Below the pieces are notes generated by a model. That model worked only from the letters and a program-made list of their open reading frames with translations. It was not told the DNA's origin and did no database searches. A program made the position numbers and the translations under genes. This document shows positions 24,219 through 36,834 of a stretch of 64,000 nt of DNA, piece after piece. Where the stretch lies: NCBI RefSeq assembly GCF_964194025.1, contig NC_134478.1, positions 9,858,001 through 9,922,000 of the forward strand. The letters run 5' to 3'. This stretch comes from Convolutriloba macropyga. Its lineage: Eukaryota. Within the stretch, counting starts at the first letter, position 1. Each line of letters opens with the position of its first letter.

Positions 24219-25854
24219 CTAAAAAACATAAATTATTGGATTAAAAAAAAACAATTTACGAATTATACCTTCACGTTGAAACGCAAGCAGACGTTTGAGA
24301 AATGATCGGCGTGAAAACCAGTCCCCCCCACCTCCAAAAAACTGCTTATCAATCATTTTATATCTTAAATTGTTTTCATTTCGTTAAATCTTATCCTCAT
24401 GAATTTGTCATCAAGGTCTGTCATTGATTTATGTTAACTTTTTAGATTATACGTCAGTAGTAACAAACCTATACACCCTAGACCACTTTTTGGCACATTT
24501 TCCCCAAACATGTTCGATCATGCGCGCGGATGAAAAGTTCTTGGCAATTATTCCCTGTATGTTAGGATTGTTGCCTGAAAATTTAATGGACTTACCATTT
24601 TGAACAGGACATGTTGGCTTGCCTCATTAATAAGGTATATAAACACACTGTGGAGAATACTGTATGTAAACCCGGCAAATGCCTAAGGGCTTTAAATCCA
24701 CTCTATATTTGTCATGAACACTTTTGCGTAGAAATCTGGGCTTCTAATGTGAATAAACTATATATTGGTATTGCGTAATCAGGGTTAATTCCTGCATACG
24801 CAACTTTGAAGCACACAAGTTTATAAGTTTATAAGGGATATTTAAACCCTGTGAAGAAGATTGTTTGTATACAAACGTTTGCAGGCTATAAATCCAGTGA
24901 AAACTTTTGCGCAGTAGCAGAAATCTGGGTGTCTAATGTAAATAATCTATGTATTGGTATTGCGTATGCAGTCTCACGTTGAAGATTTTGTTTTTTAACT
25001 ACATGTGAAACGTCTGGGTAGGAAGCGTTCTACTTTCTGATGAAATTATTACCTAAGGGCTATTTTTAGAACACAAACTCAAACTCGAACTCGTCTGGCT
25101 CAGACTGTTAATAGACTTCCCTTTCATTTATTACACAATAAGCCATATGATTCAGACGTATTACATTTTGACAAAATTCGTATCCGAAAACAACAAGTTC
25201 GAACACGATAAAAGGAAGTAATTGATTCTTCAATAGAATTTATATAAAAAAGGAACAAAAAAGCATTCTGAAAGATAAAAATTTACTGAAACTTTGACCT
25301 CATCACTTGTTGTTTTGTCCAGCAAAGACCCATTGACAGGGAAGACAATCTTCGATTAGAAAGAACACAAGTTGAGAGTAACTTCTACCCCCGCAATTTA
25401 AATCAGGTTAATTCATCATTTGAATGAAAAGAAATCATCGTTTGAAGTTGTACTGAGAGTGAAGTCCTTGAGGAGTAAGAAAAGTATAGAAACATATTGT
25501 TTTTAGTTTTGAAGGATCTATCAGAATAACGAGTAGTGTCAAGAAGAACAGTTGGGTGGAACAACATCTTGTCACTTTGGTTGCAGAGAATACAAAGACA
25601 AAAAAGACGGAAAAAACCTTGTTTGAATTCCGAGCGCTTCAAAAACAAATCAGGAAGCAAAAAAAGGAGAAAATCTGGAAACCAGATGAACAGCATTTTG
25701 TTTGCCTGTCATCAGAGCGCATCCCTAAGCAAGAGGAGTGTTTCAAAACAGAAAACGTGTGCAAAGTAAGTTAAAAACTTCTTTTGTCTTCATGTAGCTC
25801 CTCCATCATTTCAACCTATATAACTCATCCACGGATCAAAACATGGTAGTCGGA

Positions 25855-28240
25855 AAACATCAATTTTGCTCACATAGTATACATATGAGTCATCAAAGGT
25901 CAATTGTACATCATTTTTTTCCTCTTAATGTACAAGTCCTAGAGAAAAGTTTCTTAAGAAAAGGTTGTTCCATTAGTGAAAACTAACACAAAACTACTTT
26001 AAAAAACATCAATTTTGCTCACATAACATATATATGAGTCATCAAAAGTCAATTGTACATCATTTTTTTCCTTCTAATGTATAAGTCCCAGAGAAAAGCT
26101 TCTCAAGGAAAAGTTGTTCCAATAGTAAAAACTCACTCAAAATTACTTTAAAAAACATCAATTTTGCTCACATAATATATGTATGAGTCATCAAAGGTCA
26201 ATTGTACATCATTTTTTTCCTCTTAATGTACAAGTCCTAGAGAAAAACTTCTTAAGGAAAAGTTGTTCCAGTTGTAAAAACTAAAACAAAACTAATTTAA
26301 GAAACATCAATTTTGCTCACAACATATATATGAGTCAACAAAGGTCAATTGTACATCATTTTTTTTCCTCTTAATGTACAAATCCTAGAGAAAAGTTTCT
26401 TAAGGAAAAGTTGTTCCATTAGTGAAAACTAACACAAATATACTTTGAAAAACATCAATTTTGCTCACATAACATATATATGAGTAATCAAAAGTCAATT
26501 GTACATCATTTTTTTCCTTCTAATGTACAAGTCCTAGAAAAACTTCTTAAGGAAAAGTTGTTCCAGTTGTAAAAACTAAAACAAAACTAATTTAGGAAAC
26601 ATCAATTTTGCTCATATAACATATATATGAGTCATCAAAGGTCAATTGTACATCATTTTTTTCCTCTTAATGTACAAGTCCCAGAGAAAAGTTTCTTAAG
26701 GAAAAGTTGTTCCAATAGTAAAAACTAACACAAAACTACTTTAAAAAACATCAATTTTGCTCACAACATATATATGAGTCATCAAAGGTCAATTGTACAT
26801 CATTTTTTTTCCTCTTAATGTACAAGTCCTAGAAAAACTTCTTAAGGAAAAGTTGTTCCAGTTGTAAAAACTAAAACAAAACTAATTTAGGAAACATCAA
26901 TTTTGCTCATATAACATATATATGAGTCATCAAAGGTCAATTGTACATCATTTTTTTCCTCTTAATGTACAAGTCCCAGAGAAAAGTTTCTTAAGGAAAA
27001 GTTGTTCCATTAGTGAAAACTAACACAAATATACTTTAAAAAACATCAATTTTGCTCACATAACATATGTATGAGTCATCAAAGGTCAATTGTACATCAT
27101 TTTTTTCCTCTTAATGTACAAGTCCTAGAAAAACTTCTTAAGGAAAAGTTGTTCCAGTTGTAAAAACTAAAACAAAACTAATTTAGGAAACATCAATTTT
27201 GCTCATATAACATATATATGAGTCATCAAAGGTCAATTGTACATCATTTTTTTCCTCTTAATGTACAAGTCCCAGAGAAAAGTTTCTTAAGGAAAAGTTG
27301 TTCCAATAGTAAAAACTAACACAAAACTACTTTAAAAAACATCAATTTTGCTCATAAAACATATGTATGAGTCATCAACGGTCATTTGCACATCATTTTT
27401 TTCCTCTTAATGTACAAGTCCCAGAGAAAAGTTTCTTAGGGAAAAGTTGTTCCAATAGTAAAAACTAACTCAAAATGACTTTAAAAAACATCAATTTTGC
27501 TCACATAATAAATGTATGAGTCATCAAAGGTCAATTGTACATCATTTTTTTCCTCTTAATGTACAAGTCTTAGAGAAAAATTTCTTAAGGAAAAGTAGTT
27601 TCATTAGTGAAAACTAAAACAAAAACTAATTGTAGAAACATCAATTTTGCTCACATAACTTATGTATGAGTCATCAAAGGTCAATTGTACATCATTTTTT
27701 TCCTCTTAATGTACAAGTCCTAGAGAAAAACTTCTTAAGGAAAAGTTGCTCCAGTTGTAAAAACTAAAACAAAACTAATTTAAGAAACATCAATTTTGCT
27801 CAAATAACATATATATGAGTCATCAAAGGTCAATTGTACATCATTTTTTCCCTCTTAATGTACAAGTCCTAGAGAAAAGTTTCTTAAGGAAAAGTTGTTC
27901 CATTAGTGAAAACTAACACAAATATACTTTAAAAAACATCAATTTTGCTCACATAACATTTGTTTGAGTCATCAAAGGTCAATTGTACATCATTTTTTTC
28001 CTCTTAATGTACAAGTCCTAGAGAAAATTTTCGTGAGGAAAAGTTGTTCCATTAGTGAAAACTAACATAAAACTACTTTGAAAAATGTCAGTTGCGCTCA
28101 CATTACATATATATGAGTCATAAAAAGTCATTTGTACATCGTTTTTTTCCCATAAATGTACAAGTCCTAGAGAAAAATTTCGTGAAGAAAAGTTGTTCCG
28201 TTAGTGAAATTTAACACAAAAATGTTATAAAAAATAACAA
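25855..28240 (+). repeat. 149-bp satellite array, left arm (about 16 units; degenerate units continue to about 29850)
   Basis: Anchor caattttgctc recurs at 25861, 26010, 26159, 26308, 26456, 26603, 26752 ... 27940, 28089, 28238. Confidence 0.96.
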
Positions 28241-31200
28241 TTTTGCTAACATAATTGATATATAAGTCATCAAATGTAATTTGCACATTTTTTTTCCTCT
28301 TAATGTTCAAGTCATTGAGAAAAACTTCAACAATTTTTCAACAATTTCATAAAAGAGTCAACAAAGTTTATTTGTACCTCAGTTTTTTCCTCTTAATTTA
28401 CAAATCTAGCGGAAACTTTGTTTTGTTGAGGTTGTTTCCTTAGTGAAAACTAGTAATAAAATACTAAAATTGTCAGTTTCGTCAATACAAAATATCTATT
28501 TTGTATTAGTCCCGTAAAGTTAATTATACTCATTTTTTTCCTTTTTAAATTACAAGTTCCAGAGAGAAAACTGTTTCGTAGTGAAAACTAAAACAATACT
28601 TGAAAAAGTATCACTTTTGTTTACATGAAGTATAAATAAGTCATCAAAGTTTGCTTGTGCATCGCCCCTCCTAAATTTACAACACCAGAACAAAAAAATT
28701 CTCATGTAAAAGTTGTTTCATGTGTCACCATGTGTCATCTAAATTTATGTGAGAGTCATCATAAGTACATCTCTTTCTCTTAGCTTACTAGTTGCAGTGA
28801 AAAGTTCCTTCTATAAATTTGTTTTGTATCTAAAGATAGCATAAAAAACCTAAAAGTGTATCAATTTTGCTCATAAAAGGTAAATATGAGTATATGTGAA
28901 ATAAAAATCAAATAAAATCATTTCTTTCTTCTTAAAGAACAAGTCTTGGAGAAAATCACAGGTAAAAAAAGTACATTCATTTATGAAAAATAAAGCGGGA
29001 TTTTTTAAAATGTTTTAGTTTGTGTCAAAAAAACATACAATGAGTCATCAAAGGTTTATTGTACATCGTTTTTTTCCCTCATAATGTACAAGTCGCAGTG
29101 AATAATTCATCAAACAAGAAACTCTTTCATTGGCAAAATTTAACAAAAACTTGCTTTACTTTGTATAAGTTATTTTCATATAACATATGTACGAGTCAGC
29201 AAACGTCAATGATCATCATTTTATTCCACTTTAGGTACAAGTATCGGGCAAAGGTCTTTCATTAAAAGGTTTTTCGTAAATTAGAACTCATACAAAACTA
29301 CTTGAAACTTTACGCAAACTAAAATGAGACTCAATTTCCCTTCATAATACACAAATCTCTGAGAGAAACCTTCAGAGACAAAATTTGTCAAGAAAATCTC
29401 GATCAATCAGCAAAAAAAACTAACAAAAAATACTCAAAAGAGTATCAGTTTTGTTCACGAAAACGTAAATGAGTCCCTAAAAGTCGTTTTTAAATCATAT
29501 TTCTCCCTCTTAATGTACCCAGAGATTAGATATTTAGAAAAAATAAAGACATAGATATTTAAAAAAATGTCCTGGAGAAATAATTCCTGAGTAAAATTTG
29601 ATTCATGCGGAAAAAATAACTCAAAATCTTTTCAAAAAGTATGAACCTCGGTCATATAAACTATAAATGAGTCATTACTAGTAAACAAAAGATCATTTAT
29701 TATATTTCAATGTACAAGCAGTAGAGTGAAACTTATTCAATGAAAATGAGTTTTCTGAAAAAAAAATGTTCAAAGGAACATCTACTTTATGCACGTACAT
29801 TACGTATGATTCCTCCAGGCTCAGAAATACACTATCTTAGATCACATAATGTACCATATTACAGCATTTTTTTTTGAAATTTTTTTTACTAGAGAGTTGT
29901 TTTGAAAGTAAGTTTGTCAATGGAAGCTTAAAAGAAATCAATTTCGTGCTCATTGCCAAGAAAGAAATGTTCGATTGTTTATATTTTCCTATCTCTCAAG
30001 GTACATGTGTTATACCAAAAAATACTTGATGATAATTTCTTAAGGGTGAATCCCGAAGCCGAAACATTTAATGGCGCTTCAATGTCAAGCTCATACGCTA
30101 TTTTTAATTAATCAAAATTTAATTAGACCTCGCTTGATAAGTCTTCGGTGATAAATTTACGTTAAAAAATTCTCCATTAAGATTTAACAAAAAAAATTGA
30201 TTGTACATGTAAAAACTCAATTTCTTTGTTATAGGCGTCGCACAGCAATTTTTTTTGTTACAAAGATTTGTATCATGGATATTTACGTTGACAAGTTATA
30301 CAAAACAAACATGAATAATTGACATAACTAAAATTGATAAATTGATTGAGCAATAGCTCTTTTATACTTTAATCCATAAGGTTAACGGAACAATACTTCA
30401 AGACAGACGCTTCAATGCTTAAAGTTTATCAATATTGTCTACAAGCGCTGATCCAAAGTATTCAAAGATCAGCAGTAATTATAATTTTTTGAAGAGTGAG
30501 AACTCAGACCAAATTGTGTTAATTGTTACTATGTATGAGTTGTAATTATCCTATTTACGTTTTACTCAGTGTTAATTTTTTTTGTATAAGTAGCTAGAAG
30601 ACATCAACATTTAAGAGTTTTGCATAAAACAAAGTTAGGAATTTTTTTCCAAATATGGTAGTCAAAAGATTTGTTGTTGACTGTGCAAACTGGTTTTTCG
30701 TAACATAATTTTAACGAGACAAAGTTACGCACTTGCAACTAAAATCATTATCTGTTTTCCTTTTTTTTTTGAAAAACGAAGCAATCAACCTTGCATGCAC
30801 TTAGAGTTCTTTCTGGTAGGTTTCTGTGCATGCATGGTTGATTGCTTCGTTTTTTAAAAAAAGAAAAACAGATAATGATTTCAGTTGCAAGTGCGTAACT
30901 TTGTCTCGTTAAAATTATGTTACGAAAAACCAGTTTGCACAGTCAACCACAAATCTTTTGACTACCATATTTGGAAAAAAATTCCTAACTTTGTTTTATG
31001 AAAAACTCTTAAATGTTGATGTCTTCTAGCTACTTATACAAAAAAAATTAACACTGAGTAAAACGTAAATAGGATAATTACAACTCATACATAGTAACAA
31101 TTAACACAATTTGGCCTGAGTTCTCACTCTTCAAAAAAATATAATTACTGCTGATCTTTGAATACTTTGGATCAGCGCTTGTAGACAATATTGATAAAGC

Positions 31201-33199
31201 TTAAGCATTGAAGCGTCTGTCTTGAAGTATTGTTCCGTTAAACTTATGGATTGAAGTATAAAAGAGCTATTGCTCAATCAATTTATCAATTTTAGTTATG
31301 TCAATTATTCATGTTTGTTTTGTATAACTTGTCAACGTAAATATCCATGATACAAATCTTTGTAACAAAAAAATTGCTGTGCGACGCCTATAACAAAGAA
31401 ATTGAGTTTTTACATGTACAATCAATTTTTTTGTTAAATCTTAATGGAGAATTTTTTAACGTAAAATTATCACCAAAGACTTTTCAAGCGAGGACTAATT
31501 AAATTTTGATTAATTAAAAATAGCGTATGAGCTTGACATTGAAGCGCCATTAAATGTTTCGGCTTCGGGATTCACCCTTAAGAAATTATCATCAAGTGTT
31601 TTTTGGTATAACACATGTACCTTGAGAGATAGGAAAACATAAACAATCGAACATTTCTTTCTTGGCAATGGGCACGAAATTGATTTCTTCTAAAATGCTG
31701 TAATATGGTACATTATGTGATCTAAGATAGTGTATTTCTGAGCCTGGAGGAATCATACGTAATGTACGTGCATAAAGTAGATGTTCTTTTGAACATTTTT
31801 TTTTTCAGAAAACTCATTGTCATTGAATAAGTTTCACTCTACTGCTTGTACATTGAAATATAATAAATGATCTTTTGTTTACTAGCAATGACTCATTTAT
31901 AGTTTATATGACCGAGGTTCATACTTTTTGAAAATATTTTGAGTTATTTTTTCCGCATGAATCAAATTTTACTCAGGAATTATTTCTCCAGGACATTTTT
32001 TTTAAATATCTATGTCTTTATTTTTTCTAAATATCTAATCTCTGGGTACATTAAGAGGGAGAAATAAGATTTAAAAACGACTTTTAAGGACTCATTTACG
32101 TTTTCGTGAACAAAACTGATACTCTTTTGAGTATTTTTTGTTAGTTTTTTTTGCTGATTGATCGAGATTTTCTTGACAAATTTTGTGTCTGAAGGTTTCT
32201 CTCAGAGATTTGTGTATTATGAAGGGAAAATTGAGTCCCATTTTAGTTTGCGTAAATTTTCAAGTAGTTTTGTATGAGTTCTAATTTACGAAAAACCTTT
32301 TAATGAAAGACCTTTCCCCGATACTTGTACCTAAAGTGGAATAAAATGATGATCATTAACGTTTGCTGACTCGTACTTATGTTATATGAAAATAACTAAT
32401 GCAAAGTAAAGCAAGTTTTTGTTAAATTTTACCAATGAAAGAGTTTCTTGTTTGATGAATTATTCACTGCGACTTGTACATTATGAGGGAAAAAAACGAT
32501 GTACAATAAACCTTTGATGACTCATTGTATGTTTTTTTGACACAAACTAAAACATTTTAAAAAATCCTGCTTTATTTTTCATAAATGAACGTACTTTTTT
32601 TACCTGTGATTTTCTCCAAGACTTGTTCATTAAGAAGAAAGAAATGATCTTATTTGACTTTTGTTTCACATATACTCATATTTACCTTTTATGAGCAAAA
32701 TTGATACAATTTTAGGTTTTTTATGCTATCTTTAGATACAACTTTTACATGAGAATTTTTTTGTTCTGGTGTTGTAAATTTAGGAGGGGCGATGCACAAG
32801 CAGACTTTGATGACTTATTTATACTTCATGTAAACAAAAGTGATACTTTTTCAAGTATTAATTTAGTTTTCGCTACGAAACAGTTTTCTCTCTGGAACTC
32901 GTAATTTAAAAGGAAAAAAATGACGTATAATTAACTTTACGGGACTAATAGAAAATAGATATTTTGTATTGACGAAACTGACAATTTTAGTATTTTATTA
33001 CTAGTTTTCACTAAGGAAACAACCTCAACAAAACAAAGTTTCCGCTAGATTTGTAAATTAAGAGGAACAAACTGAGGTACAAATAAACTTTGTTGACTCT
33101 TTTATGAAATTGTTGAAAAATTGTTGAAGTTTTTCTCAATGACTTGAACATTAAGAGGAAAAAAAATGTGCAAGTTACATTTGATGACTCATATATCAA

Positions 33200-35160
33200 T
33201 TATGTTAGCAAAATTGTTATTTTTTATAAAATTTTTGTGTTAATTTTCACTAACGGAACAACTTTTCTTCACAAAATTTTTCTCTAGGACTTGTACATTT
33301 ATGGGAAAAAAACGATGTACAAATGACCTTTTATGACTCATATATATGTAATGTGAGGGCAACTGACATTTTTCAAAGTAGTTTTATGTTAGTTTTCACT
33401 AATGGAACAACTTTTCCGTACGAAAATTTTCTCTAGGACTTGTACATAAGGAGGAAAAAATGATGTACAATTGACCTTTGATGACTCATATATATGTTTT
33501 ATGAGCAAAAGTGATGTTTCTTAAATTAGTTTTGTTTTAGTTTTCACTAATGGAACAACTTTTCCTTAAGAAATTTTTCTCTAGAACTTGTACATTAAGA
33601 GGAAAATAGTGATGTACAAATGACCGTTGATGACTCATACATATGTTTTATGAGCAAAAGTGATGTTTTTAAAGTATATTTGTGTTAGTTTTTACTATTT
33701 GAACAACTTTTCCTTAAGAAACTTTTCTCTGGGACTTGTACATTAAGAGGAAAAAAAATGATGTACAAATGACAGTTGATGACTCATACATATGTTTTAT
33801 GAGCAAAATTGATGTTTTTTAAAGTAGTTTTGTGTTAGTTTTTACTATTGGAACAACTTTTCCTTAAGAAACTTTTCTCTGGGATTGTACATTAAGAGGA
33901 AAAAAATGATGTACAATTGACCTTTAATGACTCATACATATGTTATGTGAGCAAAATTGATGTTTTTTAAAGTATATTTGTGTTAGTTTTCACTAATGGA
34001 ACAACTTTTCCTTAAGAAACTTTTCTCTAGGACTTGTACATTAAGAGGAAAAAAATGATGTACAATTGACCTTTGATGACTCATATATATGTTATGTGAG
34101 CAAAATTGATGTTTCTTAAATTAGTTTTGTTTTAGTTTTTACAACTGGAACAACTTTTCCTTACGAAGTTTTTCTCTAGGACTTGTACATTAAGAGGGAA
34201 AAAATGATGTACAATTGACCTTTGATGACTCATACATATGTTATGTGAGCAAAATTGATGTTTTTTAAAGTATATTTGTGTTAGTTTTCACTAATGGAAC
34301 AACTTTTCCTTAAGAAACTTTTCTCTAGGACTTGTACATTAAGAGGAAAAAAATGATGTACAATTGACCTTTGATGACTCATATATATGTTATGTGAGCA
34401 AAATTGATGTTTCTTAAATTAGTTTTGTTTTAGTTTTTACAACTGGAACAACTTTTCCTTAAGAAGTTTTTCTCTAGGACTTGTACATTATGAGGAAAAA
34501 AATGATGTACAATTGACCTTTGATGACTCATACATAAGTTATGTGAGCAAAATTGATGTTTCTTAAATTAGTTTTTGTTTTAGTTTTTACAACTGGAGCA
34601 ACTTTTCCTTAAGAAATTTTTCTCTAAGACTTGTACATTAAGAGGGAAAAAATGATGTACAATTGACCTTTGATGACTCATATATATGTTATGTGAGCAA
34701 AATTGATGTTTCTTAAATTAGTTTTGTTTTAGTTTTTACAACTGGAACAACTTTTCCTTAAGAAATTTTTCTCTAAGACTTGTACATTAAGAGGGAAAAA
34801 ATGATGTACAATTGACCTTTGATGACTCATACATATATTATGTGAGCAAAATTGATGTTTTTTAAAGTAATTTTGAGTTAGTTTTTACTATTGGAACAAT
34901 TTTTCCTTAAGAAACTTTTCTCTGGGACTTGTACATTAGAAGGAAAAAAATGATGTACAATTAACTTTTGATGACTCATATATATGTTATGTGAGCAAAA
35001 TTGATGTTTTTTTAAAGTAGTTTTGTTTTAGTTTTCACTAATGGAACAACCTTTTCTTAAGAAACTTTTCTCTAGGACTTGTACATTAAGAGGAAAAAAA
35101 TGATGTACAATTGACCTTTGATGACTCATAAGTATACTATGTGAGCAAAATTGATGTTTT
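33200..35160 (-). repeat. 149-bp satellite array, right arm (about 13 units, reverse orientation)
   Basis: Anchor gagcaaaa(t/g)tgatg recurs every ~149 bp from about 33503 to 35143, plus the same two degenerate inner units as the left arm. Confidence 0.96.
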
Positions 35161-36834
35161 CCGACTACCATGTTTTGATCCGTGGATGAGTTATATAGGT
35201 TGAAATGATGGAGGAGCTACATGAAGACAAAAGAAGTTTTTTAACTTACTTTGCACACGTTTTCTGTTTTGAACCACTCCTCTTGCTTAGGGATGCGCTC
35301 TGATGATAGACAAACAAAATGCTGTTCGTCTGGTTTCCAGATGTTCTCCTTTTTTGCTTCCTGATTTGTTTTTGAAGCGCTCGGAATTCAAACAAGGTTT
35401 TTTCCGTCTTTTGTGTCTTTGTATTCTCTGCAACCAAAGTGACAAGATGTTGTTCCACCCAACTGTTCTTCTTGATACTACTCGTTTTTCTGATAGATCC
35501 TTCAAAACTAAAAACAATATGTTTCTATACTTTTCTTACTCCTCAAGGACTTCACTCTCAGTACAACTTCAAACGATGATTTCTTTTCATTCAAATGATG
35601 AATTAACCTGATTTAAATTGCGGGGGTAGAAGTTACTCTCAAATTGTGTTCTTTCTAATCGAAGATTGTCTTCCCTGTCAATGGGTCTTTGCTGGACAAA
35701 ACAACAAGTGATGAGGTCAAAGTTTCAGTAAATTTTTATCTTTCAGAATGCTTTTTTGTTCCTTTTTTATATAAATTCTATTGAAGAATCAATTACTTCC
35801 TTTTATCGTGTTCGAACTTGTTGTTTTCGGATACGAATTTCGTCAAAATGTAATACGTCTGAATCATATGGCTTATTGTGTAATAAATGAAAGGGAAATC
35901 TATTAACAGTCTGAGCCAGACGAGTTCGAGTTTGAGTTTGTGTTCTAAAAATAGCCCTTAGGTAATAATTTTATCAGAAAGTAGAACGCTTCCTACCCAG
36001 ACGTTTCACATGTAGTTAAAAAACAAAATCTTCAACGTGAGACTGCATACGCAATACCAATACATAGATTATTCACATTAGACACCCAGATTTCTGCTAC
36101 TGCGCAAAAGTTTTCACTGGATTTATAGCCTGCAAACGTTTGTATACAAACAATCTTCTTCACAGGGTTTAAATATCCCTTATAAACTTATAAACTTGTG
36201 TGCTTCAAAGTTGCGTATGCAGGAATTAACCCTGATTACGCAATACCAATATATAGTTTATTCACATTAGAAGCCCAGATTTCTACGCAAAAGTGTTCAT
36301 GACAAATATAGAGTGGATTTAAAGCCCTTAGGCATTTGCCGGGTTTACAGACAGTATTCTCCACAGTGTGTTTATATACCTTATTAATGAGGCAAGCCAA
36401 CATGTCCTGTTCAAAATGGTAAGTCCATTAAATTTTCAGGCAACAATCCTAACATACAGGGAATAATTGCCAAGAACTTTTCATCCGCGCGCATGATCGA
36501 ACATTTTTGGGGAAAATGTGCCAAAAAGTGGCCTAGGGTGTATAGGTTTGTTACTACTTACGTCCCCATTTGAATGTAATTTTGTATTTATCTGGAGAAT
36601 TAACGTATTTTTTTCTTGTTTGTCGCTCCAGTGGTAGAACATAGTGCCATTCCTCGACATGTACAAACGAAAATTCTGATCTCGACTTTTTTTGGGTTAA
36701 AAAAACAGACCTTCGTAGTGAAGGATTTAACATAAGCTTAAATAACTTTTACAGAACAGCTGCGCTAGCTGCGTAAATTATTTTGAAACAAATGCTTGCG
36801 TTTCAACTTTTAATCACGGTTTATAGAAAAATAC

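Larger units (their letters stand above)
24456..36558. mobile_element. 12.1-kb palindromic non-autonomous element with Maverick/Polinton-type termini
   Basis: Left arm 24456-30800 is the reverse complement of right arm 30826-36558; termini AGTAGTAAC...GTTACTACT; TACGTC direct repeat at 24450-24455 and 36559-36564; no long ORF. Confidence 0.88.

Noticed and set aside
25403-25774. Short ORFs in the palindrome arms (mirrored at 35246-35611) as element-encoded proteins
   Set aside because: Under 105 aa, no motifs, and the two arms differ by a frameshift in them.
25855-28240. CRISPR-like regular array
   Set aside because: Whole 149-bp units repeat with no unique spacers; eukaryotic context, no cas genes.
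24456-36558. Pure sequencing or amplification fold-back artefact
   Set aside because: Perfect 6-bp TSD, transposon-type termini, unique flanks on both sides and arm-specific indels argue against it, though read-level confirmation is still needed.
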